Below are positions 31,363-42,500 of a stretch of DNA of 64,000 nt, in pieces. The DNA comes from an uncultured Candidatus Saccharibacteria bacterium (GTDB lineage: Bacteria; Patescibacteriota; Minisyncoccia; Phycocordibacterales; UBA9973), in the NCBI GenBank assembly GCA_964412965.1, contig CAYPQU010000003.1, positions 2,788 to 66,787 of the forward strand, read 5' to 3'. Position numbers and translations under genes: made by a program. Within the stretch, counting starts at the first letter, position 1, and each line of letters starts with the position of its first letter. The notes beneath the pieces are model-generated. The model did not search any database. It had not been told where the DNA came from and saw only the letters and a list, made by a program, of their open reading frames with translations.

Positions 31363-32139
31363 TTACCGCACACAACGAACATAAAAATTGTATGCACTCT
31401 TGGAATTGTAGGTTATTACTCCCGTATCAAAGAAAGAACGCCAGGCAGAAGAAGTATCGTCGACATTCTCTGTAGAAGTCCAGTATCTAGATGAGGTAAA
31501 ACCAACAGGAGTGTGTGAAATATTTCCAGATGCTTCATAATAGGCTTTCATAGGAGTTAGAAGCATTCCCACAGAAGGTAATCGTCCACCAGAAATAGTA
31601 CACGCACTCATAGCGTAAGACCAATTCATCGAAACATCACCACTCTCAGATGTAACTCCCAATGATGTCACTCCTTTTTTGTCCCATTCCACCACTCCAT
31701 TTTGATCTACTGACCACGCCTTAAGCATAGTATCATCATAGATAATGGCTGTAGCAGCAAATAAAGAAGCTGCGGACGAGCATTTTACTATTATATTTTG
31801 ATCAATTAGTTGTTGTGCAATTTTGCCCAAACTATTATCAATCCCAGCACAAGTAGTATTATACACGGAAGGATTTGATCCTGAATAACTTCCTAAACTT
31901 ATGAAATTAATTTCAGCCTGATTGTATAGTTGTTTTAATGTTGACTTGATTAAGGCAATCTTGCTCTTTTCTCTTGCAGAGTTTAGTGATGTGATGACAA
32001 CAGAGGAGAGTATTCCGATGATTGCAATTACTACTAGTAGTTCAATGAGGGTGAACCCCGACACCCAGTTTTCTCTATCTTTAAAACTAAGTGCGGAGGT
32101 GAAATCTTTATTGTTTGATTTTAAGAAAAGTTTTTTCAC
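31363..32139 (-). CDS. Type IV pilin-like protein (prepilin N-terminus) with a C-terminal DUF1566-like domain ending YVRCVR
   Basis: GFTLIELLVVIAIIGIL prepilin methylation motif and helix. The C-terminus (YWTST...AW...YVRCVR) is characteristic of DUF1566. Confidence 0.7.
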   Translation of the reverse strand: MKKLFLKSNNKDFTSALSFKDRENWVSGFTLIELLVVIAIIGILSSVVITSLNSAREKSKIALIKSTLKQLYNQAEINFISLGSYSGSNPSVYNTTCAGIDNSLGKIAQQLIDQNIIVKCSSAASLFAATAIIYDDTMLKAWSVDQNGVVEWDKKGVTSLGVTSESGDVSMNWSYAMSACTISGGRLPSVGMLLTPMKAYYEASGNISHTPVGFTSSRYWTSTENVDDTSSAWRSFFDTGVITYNSKSAYNFYVRCVR

Positions 32140-32263
32140 GTTTAAATTATAACACGTTTCAGGCGCGCGGATAAGTGTTCGAGGTCTTGCCTAGTATGAG
32201 GTCGGACCTCGTACTAGGCAAGACCTCGACTGTTATCCACAGATTTTTAGTTTTTATGGTTTG

Positions 32264-33130
32264 TTATTGTATATTAAAAAGTTTTTGAGCGTTTTTTACT
32301 ATTTGCAAAGCCACTTCTTCTGTGGGAACATTTTTTATCTCAGCAATCTTGGCGACTATGTCTTTGACATATACCGGCTCGTTTCTTTTCCCCCTGTTTG
32401 GAACTGGAGCGACATATGGGCTATCTGTATCAGCAAAAATTCGATCGAGTGGCACCTGTCTTATTATTTGATCATTATCAATTCCTCTTGGATTATTCTT
32501 TTTAGGTGGGTATGTTATCACTCCTGCAAAAGATATATAGAAACCAAAATCTATAAAATCTATAGCATCTTTTAATTCTCCAGCAAAAAAATGAACTACT
32601 CCTTTAACTCTTGCGTGTTTTTTCAAAATCTCTAGAGCATCTTGATATGCACTTGTTGATAAATCTTCTTCACTATTTCTTAAATGGAGCATTAGTGGTA
32701 AATTTAATTCGTTAGCCAATTCTATTTGTGCAATGAATGCCTCTTTTTGTTTTTCCAATTCACCTTTTTTGATATGAAAATAATCTAAACCACATTCTCC
32801 AACCGCAACAACTTTCCCTTCTTTATATAATTTTCTATAATTTTCTTTATCAAAAACTTCCCCGTGCGTTGCAAATTCTTTACTATAAACACCAAGCTCG
32901 TCTTGATCTGCATAAGAAGACGATGTGTGAGTCGGATGAAGACCGATAGTGGCATATATTCCACACTTGTATTTTTTTGCTATCTCCACCGCTTTTAAAG
33001 ATGTATCAAGCTGGGTGCCAATGTTTATAACCCAAGTATCATTATCTATCGCTCGTCGAAGAACGTCTTTTCGATCTTCATCGAAAAGCACAAAGTTTAC
33101 ATGGGCATGGATATCTATATATTTAGGCAT
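32264..33130 (-). CDS. tatD: TatD-family metal-dependent hydrolase/DNase
   Basis: IDIHAHVNF N-terminus, a TatD TIM barrel, and the conserved metG-tatD pairing. Confidence 0.85.
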   Translation of the reverse strand: MPKYIDIHAHVNFVLFDEDRKDVLRRAIDNDTWVINIGTQLDTSLKAVEIAKKYKCGIYATIGLHPTHTSSSYADQDELGVYSKEFATHGEVFDKENYRKLYKEGKVVAVGECGLDYFHIKKGELEKQKEAFIAQIELANELNLPLMLHLRNSEEDLSTSAYQDALEILKKHARVKGVVHFFAGELKDAIDFIDFGFYISFAGVITYPPKKNNPRGIDNDQIIRQVPLDRIFADTDSPYVAPVPNRGKRNEPVYVKDIVAKIAEIKNVPTEEVALQIVKNAQKLFNIQ

Positions 33131-33131
33131 T

Positions 33132-34601
33132 TTATTGTTTTCTTAAAAACAAAGGGTTTTCTGGTTTTTTATTCTCTCGAATTAATTCTTGAATTTTTCT
33201 TGATGTTTCAGGTAAAAATGGTTCAAGAGAAAGAGCGTTCCCGTATAAGTGATATAATAAGTAGTGAACATCATTTTTTGCACCCTCTTCATCAATTTTT
33301 ATCTTTTTAAAAGGTTCAGTTTTTTGAATATATTCATCTAGTGTTCGAAGACTAAACCAGATTTTATTTATGAATTTATTTATATCAAAAGATTCTAAAT
33401 CAGAAATTTCTTCTGTAAAAGACTTCATTTGCAGTTCCTCTTGGCTTAATTTAACATCATAGTTTGTCGCCATGGTCATTACACGACTTGTTAAGTTACC
33501 TAGCCCGTTTGCCAATCCTGAATTATATGCATCTTTAAATCTTTCTATCGTAAAAGGACTATCTTCAAAACTACTAATTTCTTTTAGCATAAAAAATCTT
33601 AGTGCGTCGACGCCATACTCTTCGACGACATCTCTTGGGTCAAATGAATTTCCTAGCGATTTAGACATTCGAACTCCACCCTCTCCTGTAATAAAACCAT
33701 TGACTACTATTTGGTGAGAGGTGGGAAGGCCTGCCGCCAAAAGCATTGCCTGCCACATTGCACTTTGAAAACGAGTATTGTCTTTACCACAATACTGAGT
33801 AGGAGTTCCCTCTTTCCAGTATTTAATAAATTTTTCTGACTTTTCTAAATCTTCTAAGGTTTCAACTCCTTCCTCTGCTAATGTTGAAACATAGTTAGTC
33901 AGTGCATCAAACCAGACATACATAACCTGGGTATCGTCTTCTGGTACAGGTATCCCCCATGGCATTTTTTCTTTCAATCGTGATATTGAAAAATCTTGTA
34001 GTCCTGCGTTAACGAAATTTTTAATTTCATTTAAGCGAAAATCTGGAACGACAAAATTAGGATTTTTCTCATATAGGTCTAATAATTTTTCTCCAAAAGC
34101 AGAGTACTTAAAGAAATAATTTTCTTCTTCTATTACCTTCAAATCCATATTGGGGTGATCTTTACATCTATCGTTTTCAAGATCAGAATCAGTTTTCTCG
34201 CTTTCACACCCTACACAGTATTTTGCACTATAATTTTTTTTATAAATATAACCGTTTTCTTTTACCCTGCTCCAAAAAGACTGGGCTATTTTAATATGTT
34301 TTTCATCTGTCGTGCGAATAAAATTAATATCTTCGCTTAATCCAAAAATCTTTATTTGCTCTTTAAAGGTTTTAAAGTTCTTGTCTAGGAAATCTTGAAC
34401 AATCATTCCTTCTTCTCTAGCTTTCTCAAAAATTTTGACTCCATGTTCATCTGTCCCGGTATTAAAATAAACATCATATCCCAAAAGCTTTTTGTATCTG
34501 ACAATACTGTCAGCTCTTATAAACTCTAAGGCGTGCCCCATGTGTAGTGGAGCGTTTATATATGGTAATGTTGTTGTTAAGAATAAAGTTTTATTTTTCA
34601 T
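33132..34601 (-). CDS. metG: Methionyl-tRNA synthetase
   Basis: HMGHALEF (HIGH), KMSKSLGN, and a Zn knuckle CVGCE...C. Confidence 0.95.
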   Translation of the reverse strand: MKNKTLFLTTTLPYINAPLHMGHALEFIRADSIVRYKKLLGYDVYFNTGTDEHGVKIFEKAREEGMIVQDFLDKNFKTFKEQIKIFGLSEDINFIRTTDEKHIKIAQSFWSRVKENGYIYKKNYSAKYCVGCESEKTDSDLENDRCKDHPNMDLKVIEEENYFFKYSAFGEKLLDLYEKNPNFVVPDFRLNEIKNFVNAGLQDFSISRLKEKMPWGIPVPEDDTQVMYVWFDALTNYVSTLAEEGVETLEDLEKSEKFIKYWKEGTPTQYCGKDNTRFQSAMWQAMLLAAGLPTSHQIVVNGFITGEGGVRMSKSLGNSFDPRDVVEEYGVDALRFFMLKEISSFEDSPFTIERFKDAYNSGLANGLGNLTSRVMTMATNYDVKLSQEELQMKSFTEEISDLESFDINKFINKIWFSLRTLDEYIQKTEPFKKIKIDEEGAKNDVHYLLYHLYGNALSLEPFLPETSRKIQELIRENKKPENPLFLRKQ

Positions 34602-34606
34602 AATTA

Positions 34607-35671
34607 TTAAATTTGTTTTTCTATTTTTTTCTTTTCTAGGTCATCCAAGAATTCCAATAAACAAACTGATACAGGTATCGCCAAAACTACTCCAAGGAAA
34701 CCAGCTAATTCATAGCCAATAATTATTGATAAAATAACAACTAAAGGAGAAATACCAATGATTTTTTTAATAATTAACGGATAAATCAAATAAGTCTCAA
34801 ACTGGTGCAAAATAAAGTATAACGCAAACGAAAGAAGGGCCATTGTGATACCTCCATCTAAAAATCCAAACAGCGCCACAGGGACTACTGCCACAAAAAT
34901 ACCATAAGGTATGAGTTCTAGTAACGCCGTTAAAATAGCCAAGACCAGAGAATATTTAACCCCTAAAATTGTAAGCCCTAAATATGCCAAAACTCCTATA
35001 ATTAATCCCAAAAGCATTTGTCCTTGCATCCAAAGACCAATCTTTCTCTCTGTCCTTTGCCAGAGACTTATTACATACTCTTCTTGTTTTTTAGGAGTTA
35101 CTACTCTTAAAAAATTCTCTATACCCTTTTCTGTAATCGATAGATAGAAAGATATTATTAAAATGAAACCAAAATTAACCACTCCGCCAAATGCACCACC
35201 AAATACATCCATGAAACCTCCAGACATACTATCAATCAATGTTTTGAAACTAGAGATAACCTCTCCGATAGAAGCATTTTTTGATATGCTTGAAAAAATG
35301 TCTTTGGCCCCGGTCAACGTATCAGGTTGAAATGTATTAAAGACGCTACTGTTGGGTATGTACTGACTTAGAGAAGAAACTAGACTTGACATTTCTCTTA
35401 TGAAAACAGGCATAAAAACTGATGACAAGCCTACAATCAAAGATATCGCTATGGCGTAGACAAGAAAAACCGCAAAAGACCTGTTCTTTATGTATGGCTT
35501 AAGTTTTCTAACCGCTGACTCAACAAATGAAGCTATCACTATTGCCACCAGAATAATCAGAATAATATTATAAAGCTTATAAAGAGCTAAACAAATTAAT
35601 GAAAAAACAATCAACTTAACGAAGCTTTTGTTTGATATATTTATTTGTGGGCTTTTTATACTTCCTTCCAT
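34607..35671 (-). CDS. AI-2E family transporter (second copy)
   Basis: UPF0118/PerM-like polytopic membrane protein. Confidence 0.65.
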   Translation of the reverse strand: MEGSIKSPQINISNKSFVKLIVFSLICLALYKLYNIILIILVAIVIASFVESAVRKLKPYIKNRSFAVFLVYAIAISLIVGLSSVFMPVFIREMSSLVSSLSQYIPNSSVFNTFQPDTLTGAKDIFSSISKNASIGEVISSFKTLIDSMSGGFMDVFGGAFGGVVNFGFILIISFYLSITEKGIENFLRVVTPKKQEEYVISLWQRTERKIGLWMQGQMLLGLIIGVLAYLGLTILGVKYSLVLAILTALLELIPYGIFVAVVPVALFGFLDGGITMALLSFALYFILHQFETYLIYPLIIKKIIGISPLVVILSIIIGYELAGFLGVVLAIPVSVCLLEFLDDLEKKKIEKQI

Positions 35672-35727
35672 ATCTAAAAGAATAATACCACATTTTAATG
35701 ATATTTTAAATGTGGTATTAATCGATT

Positions 35728-37029
35728 TTATTGATTCATTCTTTCTTTTATGTAATCAATTAGGTCGTCTTTTTTAATTCTCTCCTGAAAAGCGGTGTCT
35801 CTGTTTCGAATTGTTACGGTATCATTTTCTAGCGTTTCAAAATCTACAACAATACACCACGGTGTCCCTATTTCATCTTGTCTTCTGTATCGCTTTCCAA
35901 TATTTCCATTGTCATCCCACATGACTCTTCCAAATTCATCTTTTAGACTTCTGTAAACTATTCGAGCGTAGTCTTTTAATTCTGGTTTATTTTTTAGTAA
36001 AGGAGAAACAGCACATATAACAGGAGCTATCGACGGCTTAAACGCTAGATAAGGTCTGGGTTCTTCTCCATTTTTGTCTTCTTTATAAGCTCCTACCAAT
36101 ATAGCTAGTACAGTTCTGTCTACTCCCAAAGAAGGCTCTATAACATGCGGAACAATTTTTTCATTGGTTTCCTCGTCTTGATACGTCAAATCATGTCTAC
36201 TTAAATCAAAATCTGTTCTATAAGCCAAACCGTATAATTCTTTTCTTCCAAAAGGAAAATCAAATTCAAAATCTATCGTTCTTTTTGAATAATGGGCTAG
36301 ACTTTCTACTGGAACTTCCAATTCATGCACCTTAGTCATATCAAGACCAATTTCTTCCATCCACTCAATCATTTCTGTTCTCCAATATTCAAAATAATTT
36401 TCCCAATTATCTCCCTTCAAAAAATATTCTATTTCCATTTGTTCGAACTCTCTGACTCTAAATATAAAATCTCGAGGGGTTATTTCGTTACGAAAAGCTT
36501 TACCAATTTGAGCAAGTCCGAAAGGAAGTTTTGGGTGAAAAGAATCTACAATATTTTTAAAATTAACAAACATCCCTTGTGCTGTTTCTGGCCTCAAATA
36601 AATAGTGGCAGAAGTATCCTCTACGGCCCCTATTTGCGTCTTAAACATCATATTGAAGGCCTTAGGGGCTCCTACAGCGCTTCCACATTCATCACACATT
36701 CCTGGCTCTTTCAAGGTGTCTTCTCTAAAACGCCTTTTACACTTAGTACATTCTACCAACGGGTCAGTGAAAGTATCTACGTGACCAGAAGCTTTCCAAA
36801 CTGCAGGATGCATTAAAATAGCAGCATCAACTCCATACATATCTTCTCTTCCGTCAACAAATTTTTTCCACCAAGAATTTTTTATGTTATTTTTTAGAGC
36901 AACTCCCAAGTGTCCGTAATCCCAAGTTCCTGCCAATCCTCCATATATTTCAGAACCTTGATAAATAAATCCTCTTCTCTTCGATAAAGAGATTATAGAT
37001 TCCATAATTTTATTATCTTCTTTTTTCAT
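35728..37029 (-). CDS. glyQS: Glycyl-tRNA synthetase (dimeric class II type)
   Basis: RRGFIYQGSEIYGGLAGTWDYGHLG. Confidence 0.9.
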   Translation of the reverse strand: MKKEDNKIMESIISLSKRRGFIYQGSEIYGGLAGTWDYGHLGVALKNNIKNSWWKKFVDGREDMYGVDAAILMHPAVWKASGHVDTFTDPLVECTKCKRRFREDTLKEPGMCDECGSAVGAPKAFNMMFKTQIGAVEDTSATIYLRPETAQGMFVNFKNIVDSFHPKLPFGLAQIGKAFRNEITPRDFIFRVREFEQMEIEYFLKGDNWENYFEYWRTEMIEWMEEIGLDMTKVHELEVPVESLAHYSKRTIDFEFDFPFGRKELYGLAYRTDFDLSRHDLTYQDEETNEKIVPHVIEPSLGVDRTVLAILVGAYKEDKNGEEPRPYLAFKPSIAPVICAVSPLLKNKPELKDYARIVYRSLKDEFGRVMWDDNGNIGKRYRRQDEIGTPWCIVVDFETLENDTVTIRNRDTAFQERIKKDDLIDYIKERMNQ

Positions 37030-37049
37030 TTTTGTAATTTTATAATTTA

Positions 37050-38933
37050 TTAATTTGATACTCGTCCATTTTCTGAACCACCAGATACTCCACTAACAGA
37101 AGAAATATAGAGGCTGTTCATCGTACTTCCAACTTGTGATCCAGAATAAGTATCTGTACCAGTTAGTGAAATATTTTGTATCAGAACTGGCGTCTGTCCG
37201 ATTTGAGAAAGCGAGGGTTTGAAATTTAAAATAAAGGAAACTTCTCTGTTTGAATCCACCCCTGTACCGGGAGAGACTGTTCCTATTTTCCAAGTTATTT
37301 GCCTGTTTTCTTTATTGTAAGAAATATTTTCTTTTGTACCCGCCACAAAACCAACCCAGTCTGCATAAATAGGCAAGTTTGCGCTCACGCTAGCTTGACT
37401 AACACTATTTGTCGAATTAGATAATGTCCAAGTAACTAAATAGTTGGTATTACCTTCTGCTCTTGGAGGCAAATCCCCAGAAAGATACGTCAGAGATGAA
37501 GCAACCTGGAAATCAGTATTTAGCTTAATTATTTTTTCAGTAAAATTATCTACATTAGAAAAACTAGAACCATACAAAGGTTGTTTTCCTTTAATGCTTA
37601 CACTTATTTCTGCTTGAGGATTTTTAACACCAGAAAGACTAGTTAGGCGTAGTGGGGTGATATCAAATGAAACTTTTCCAGTCGCTCCTGGTCCGATGGA
37701 CCCAAGCTCTCTCATGGTGCTTTTATTCCAAATTATTTGGCTATTTAAAGAATCATAATATCCATTCTTTTCTTCAATATCATTTTTATTAATAATATTT
37801 CCGCTTATATGAGCAATAATTTCGGCATCGTTAACGCTTGTCGATAAATTATTTTTCCAAGTAATATCAACAGAAACTTCCTTACCTCCATCAACTGCGT
37901 ATTCCTCCAAATCCTGATTATTAACCAAAACTTTTACTTCCAAGAATGGGTTTTCTATAACCATCTTTTGTAAAACAGAACTATAAACTACTCCTATCTT
38001 GGATGTATCTTTGCTGTCCATTGTTCCAACATATGAGTGAAAAACTTGTTCGTCTCCAGTCTGTCCCATTATCCTACCTTTTATCTCTATAGTCAGAGGT
38101 GTGGTTGGAGATATGGTGGATAAATCCCACACATAATTATCATTCATTGGAAGAGGGTTAGCGGTTTCTAGGATAAAGTTACTTGGATGTCTTAGTTGTA
38201 AAATTAGATTCTCGCTAGGAAGAGTTGTGTTTAGAGAAGTCGTAATCTTCAAAGAAATTGGCTGATTCGCGATGATACTACTAGGTGCTTCCATTTTTAA
38301 AGAAACAGGAGCCACACTAATAGTTATTGGATAATATTTTTCTTTTGTGAAAACAGCATTTGAACCTTCTGGTTGATATTCAAGCGCAGCCCTAATGTTT
38401 TTTATTGATTTTTCTGCTCCATACAGTCTTACTCGAACATTTCTAACTACCGTTTCTCCGGGCTTAATAACACCGATCTCATCTTTTTCTAGTCGCATTA
38501 TTTCTGAATCATCATTTGCCCCCTTAGGATATTCAATAATCAAATCTGCTGATTCTAAGCTAGCATTATTTCTATTAGTGATTTCAACTTGCAAAGACAA
38601 ATCTTCCCCTCCTTTTGTAAAAGAATTACCCATTATCTCTAAATCTATCTTATTGCTTGAGACAGTTGATTCGTCTAAGAAAAATTTATATGTTGTATAT
38701 CCTACGGCTCCCAAGAAAAAGATAATTGATAAAATAAAGAATTTTTTAAAGAATGAAGTTTGGGTTTTTTTATTTTTTTTAGGCATATCTACTTCTTTTG
38801 GTTTATCCCATTCGTCTTTGACATCATATCTCTGTTCTCTTAGAACCCCCCTTCTGTGACTGAAGGATTCATCGTATTTGGGATCGTATAGTTTTCTTTT
38901 TAAATCTTCAATTTTTCCTTTATTTTCTGACAT
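37050..38933 (-). CDS. Large hypothetical surface protein (cytoplasmic N-tail, one TM, beta-rich exodomain)
   Basis: Topology and composition only. Confidence 0.45.
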   Translation of the reverse strand: MSENKGKIEDLKRKLYDPKYDESFSHRRGVLREQRYDVKDEWDKPKEVDMPKKNKKTQTSFFKKFFILSIIFFLGAVGYTTYKFFLDESTVSSNKIDLEIMGNSFTKGGEDLSLQVEITNRNNASLESADLIIEYPKGANDDSEIMRLEKDEIGVIKPGETVVRNVRVRLYGAEKSIKNIRAALEYQPEGSNAVFTKEKYYPITISVAPVSLKMEAPSSIIANQPISLKITTSLNTTLPSENLILQLRHPSNFILETANPLPMNDNYVWDLSTISPTTPLTIEIKGRIMGQTGDEQVFHSYVGTMDSKDTSKIGVVYSSVLQKMVIENPFLEVKVLVNNQDLEEYAVDGGKEVSVDITWKNNLSTSVNDAEIIAHISGNIINKNDIEEKNGYYDSLNSQIIWNKSTMRELGSIGPGATGKVSFDITPLRLTSLSGVKNPQAEISVSIKGKQPLYGSSFSNVDNFTEKIIKLNTDFQVASSLTYLSGDLPPRAEGNTNYLVTWTLSNSTNSVSQASVSANLPIYADWVGFVAGTKENISYNKENRQITWKIGTVSPGTGVDSNREVSFILNFKPSLSQIGQTPVLIQNISLTGTDTYSGSQVGSTMNSLYISSVSGVSGGSENGRVSN

Positions 38934-38960
38934 AAAAGCATTATATCATAAAAAGATATT

Positions 38961-39545
38961 TTATAATTGGCTTTCAAGAAGAGCCTTGTTTATGTGGGCG
39001 ATTATTGACTGTCTTTCTTTTAGTAAGTCTTTTGTTTTCTCCTTGTTAAAAGAAGATCCTAAATATTTTATCAAAATCGAAGAGTCTCCTATATAACCAA
39101 GCTCATTCATGATTCTTAAGACAAGATGGAGCTCTATCGCTTCTCTTGTATCATTTTCAACTTCATCGTCTAATATATAAATTGACTGAATAAGTTCATC
39201 AAAAATTTTTTGATTTACGGATTCTGCTCCACAAAATCTATCGACAAGAGAAGAGATACGGGCAACCAAAAGCAGTGAATCTTTATTTGCTCTTGCCAAT
39301 GGAAAAGTATTTATGCTTTTGGCTGAAGTGACCCTCCAAACCTCTTTCCCTTTTACAAAATCAATATTAGCATATGAAAAATCCTGAAGTATAGATTTTA
39401 ACTTTGATTTATTTAATCTTATTCCCTGCACCATTGCACGCACAAGCCCCAACTCTCTAGTGAAAATTGTAATCATTTTATTAGCTTCACCGACATTACG
39501 TGAAGACAAAATAAATCCTTGCGTGTGATAAATATGATGATGCAT
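38961..39545 (-). CDS. recO: Putative recombination protein RecO (short form)
   Basis: N-terminal OB-fold pattern GFILSSRNVGEANKMITIFTRELGLVRAMVQG. The call is tentative. Confidence 0.4.
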   Translation of the reverse strand: MHHHIYHTQGFILSSRNVGEANKMITIFTRELGLVRAMVQGIRLNKSKLKSILQDFSYANIDFVKGKEVWRVTSAKSINTFPLARANKDSLLLVARISSLVDRFCGAESVNQKIFDELIQSIYILDDEVENDTREAIELHLVLRIMNELGYIGDSSILIKYLGSSFNKEKTKDLLKERQSIIAHINKALLESQL

Positions 39546-39563
39546 ATTAAATTCGGATTAGTT

Positions 39564-42500
39564 TTATTTTACCACCTTAATTACAAAAGTTAAATCTGCA
39601 ATTTTTACTTCTGTCCCTTCGTTGTCTTTATATTCTATCGCCTTAGCAGATACTAATTTTTGAATATTTTCCTTAAACTTTTCTATCAAACCCTGCCCTT
39701 CTTCGTTAGTTTTAATCAAGAGCGTAATTAGATCGTTTGGATTTAAATCGTTTTTCTTTCTTATGTCTTGAATAGCTCTAACCAACTCTCTGTAATTTCC
39801 TTCTTTCTTTAAATCTTCGGTTATGTTTATATCCAAGATAACTTCGAGCTCTTGCCCTTCTTCAAATTTAACATTTTTAATGTTCAACTCATCTTTTAGA
39901 ATAGAGACATACTCTTCTTTTAAGTTATATTTTTTAACAGTTATTTCTTGCAGAGGTTGTCTTACGGGGATTGAGGCCTTTTGTCTATTTTGTAATCCCA
40001 AAGTTACGATCTCTCGTAGCTCCTTCATGTCTTCAATAACCTTATCATCGTAAGCGAATCCTTCTGGCCACTCTCCGAGGTGGACGCTCATGGAATCATT
40101 TTCTAATTTTAATTTTTGCCAAATATCTTCAGCGGAAAAAGGAGCAAATGGCGCCATTAATTTTGCCATTGTTTTAAATACAAAATAAATAGTTTGTTTG
40201 GCTTCTATGTCTCCCTCTTTTATTCTGTCTCTTGAGCGACGTAAATACCAAGTAGATAAATCGTCAATAAAGCCTCTCATCGCTCTCGCAGGTTCTAGTA
40301 ATTTATAATTTTCTAAGTTTTCTGTTGATACTTTTATCAATTCTCCCAGTCTAGATAATATCCAAATATCTAAGACGTTTTTACTGTTTGGTTTATCACT
40401 TGTTACTATTTTTGTATCTCTATACAACTCATAAAAAGCAAAAACATTGTAAAACAAATTGAAGAACTTGTTATTCAATTCTGCAACTGTTTTTTCATCA
40501 AAGTTTTTTGGTTCCCCAGGTTGGTTTATTGAATACATCCAGAGTCTTAAAGTATCAACTCCATATTTATCTGACATTTCCCAAGGATCAACTCCGTTGC
40601 CGAGAGATTTAGACATCTTCTTTCCATTGGCGTCGAGAACCAACCCGAGACAAATCACATTTTTAAATGCTTTTCCTTTACCCATGATTGTTCCTACTGC
40701 ATGTAACGTATAGAACCACCCTCTTGTTTGGTCTATCCCCTCACTGATGAAGTCTGCAGGATAAGCAATATCTGTAGTACTAAAAGGATAATGGCTTTGA
40801 GCAAAAGGCATTGACCCGGAATCCAGCCAGACGTCCATAACTTCTTTTGCTCTTTCTAATTTTCCACCACAATCGCAAACAACATCCACTTCATCAATAT
40901 ATGGTCTGTGCAAGTCTAGTTCATAATTTTCATCATGAGGAATTGGTTTAAAATCAAGCTCTCTAATTTCTGAATTAACAAGACAAGAGAAATCTTTTAG
41001 CATGGAGAGCGTTTGCCTTGCTCCATATCCGTTTATTCCCGCAAGCATCAACCAAGCTGGTCCCCCATGTGTTACGATTAAAATATTTTTACCTTGATAT
41101 TTATTTTCTAGGCCGTACAAGAAGTCCATTGATCTTTTTCTAAGCTCATTCCAAGTCTCACTTCCTTCTTCTGTTTTATAGAAGTTCTCTTCTGTGTTTG
41201 GATAATCATTGTGATAATCTTGCCAAGTTTTACCTTCATATTTAGAGACCTTGTATTCAGTTAGACTTTCATCAATTAAAATATTTTTTTCGTCATATCC
41301 CAATATTTTCGCTACTTCTATGGCAGTTTCTCTTGCTCTTGTTACAGGTGAAGAAATAATTAAATCTATTTTTTCATTTTTTAATTTTTCTGCATTATTT
41401 CTTGTCTCATTGACACCCTTTTCCGTTAGATGACTAACTCGATATTCATCAGAAGTATTTATTTTTCCGTCTAAATTATTTTCAGATTCACCATGACGCA
41501 TTACAAAATATTTATTACCAGAAGTTTTTGCTTTGGATTTTATATCTTCAACTCCACCTAGGACTTCTATTTTGCCACAAGTATCACATTTCCAGACAGG
41601 AAGCGGAGTCCCCCAATATCTTTCTCGAGAGATTGCCCAATCTTTAATATCTTTTAGCCACTCTCCAAAACGCCCTTCTTTAATATATGAAGGCTCCCAA
41701 TTTATATTTTCATTTTCTTTAACCATCTTGTCTTTAAGCGCAGACATTCTGATATACCAAGAATCTCGCGCATAATATATAAGAGCTGTTTTACATCTCC
41801 AGCAATGAGGGTAAGTGTGTTCGTACTTTTCTTTCTTATGCAAAAGTCCTTTTCCTGCCAAATCTTTTATTATATCGACAGCCACATCTTCGTCTCGAAC
41901 AAATCTATCTTTTAGAAAATCAGTTCCTTCCAGGAATTTTCCATCAAGCCCAACAAGATGACATTTAGGTAATCCTACTTTATTGCCAAGCTCAAAGTCG
42001 TCTTGACCATACATGGGAGCAATATGCACCACCCCTGTTCCGTCTTCTGTAGTCACAAAATCCGCTCCATATATTTTATAAGCATTTTCCATTTTTTCAG
42101 CTTCTTCTTTCGATGCTATTGCTTTTGTATACGGATATAGTGGTTCATATGAAAGACCAATTAAATCTTTCCCTTTTAATTCTTCTACAATATTATATTC
42201 TCCTTCCAAAACAGAAAGTCGTGATTTCGCAAGAATTAAAAATTCTCCATTTTGTTCTACGCGAACATAATCAATATCTTCTCCAACTGCCAAGGCGACA
42301 TTTGAAGGAAGAGTCCAAGGAGTTGTCGTCCAAACTAATATGTGAATTTCTTCGCCTGTATGCTTATGCGAATGGTCTGGCTCCGGCTCTTGTCCCCCTC
42401 GTCCGAGGACCTGAGCAGAAGCATCAGGCGAAGAAACCTGGAAACTCGAAGCTCCTGTTAATTTAAATTTCACGTACACGGTTATATCTTTCACATCCTG

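Noticed and set aside
32230-32238. Replication origin suggested by DnaA box TTATCCACA
   Set aside because: Only a single box, no dnaA/dnaN nearby, no AT-rich DUE with box clustering.
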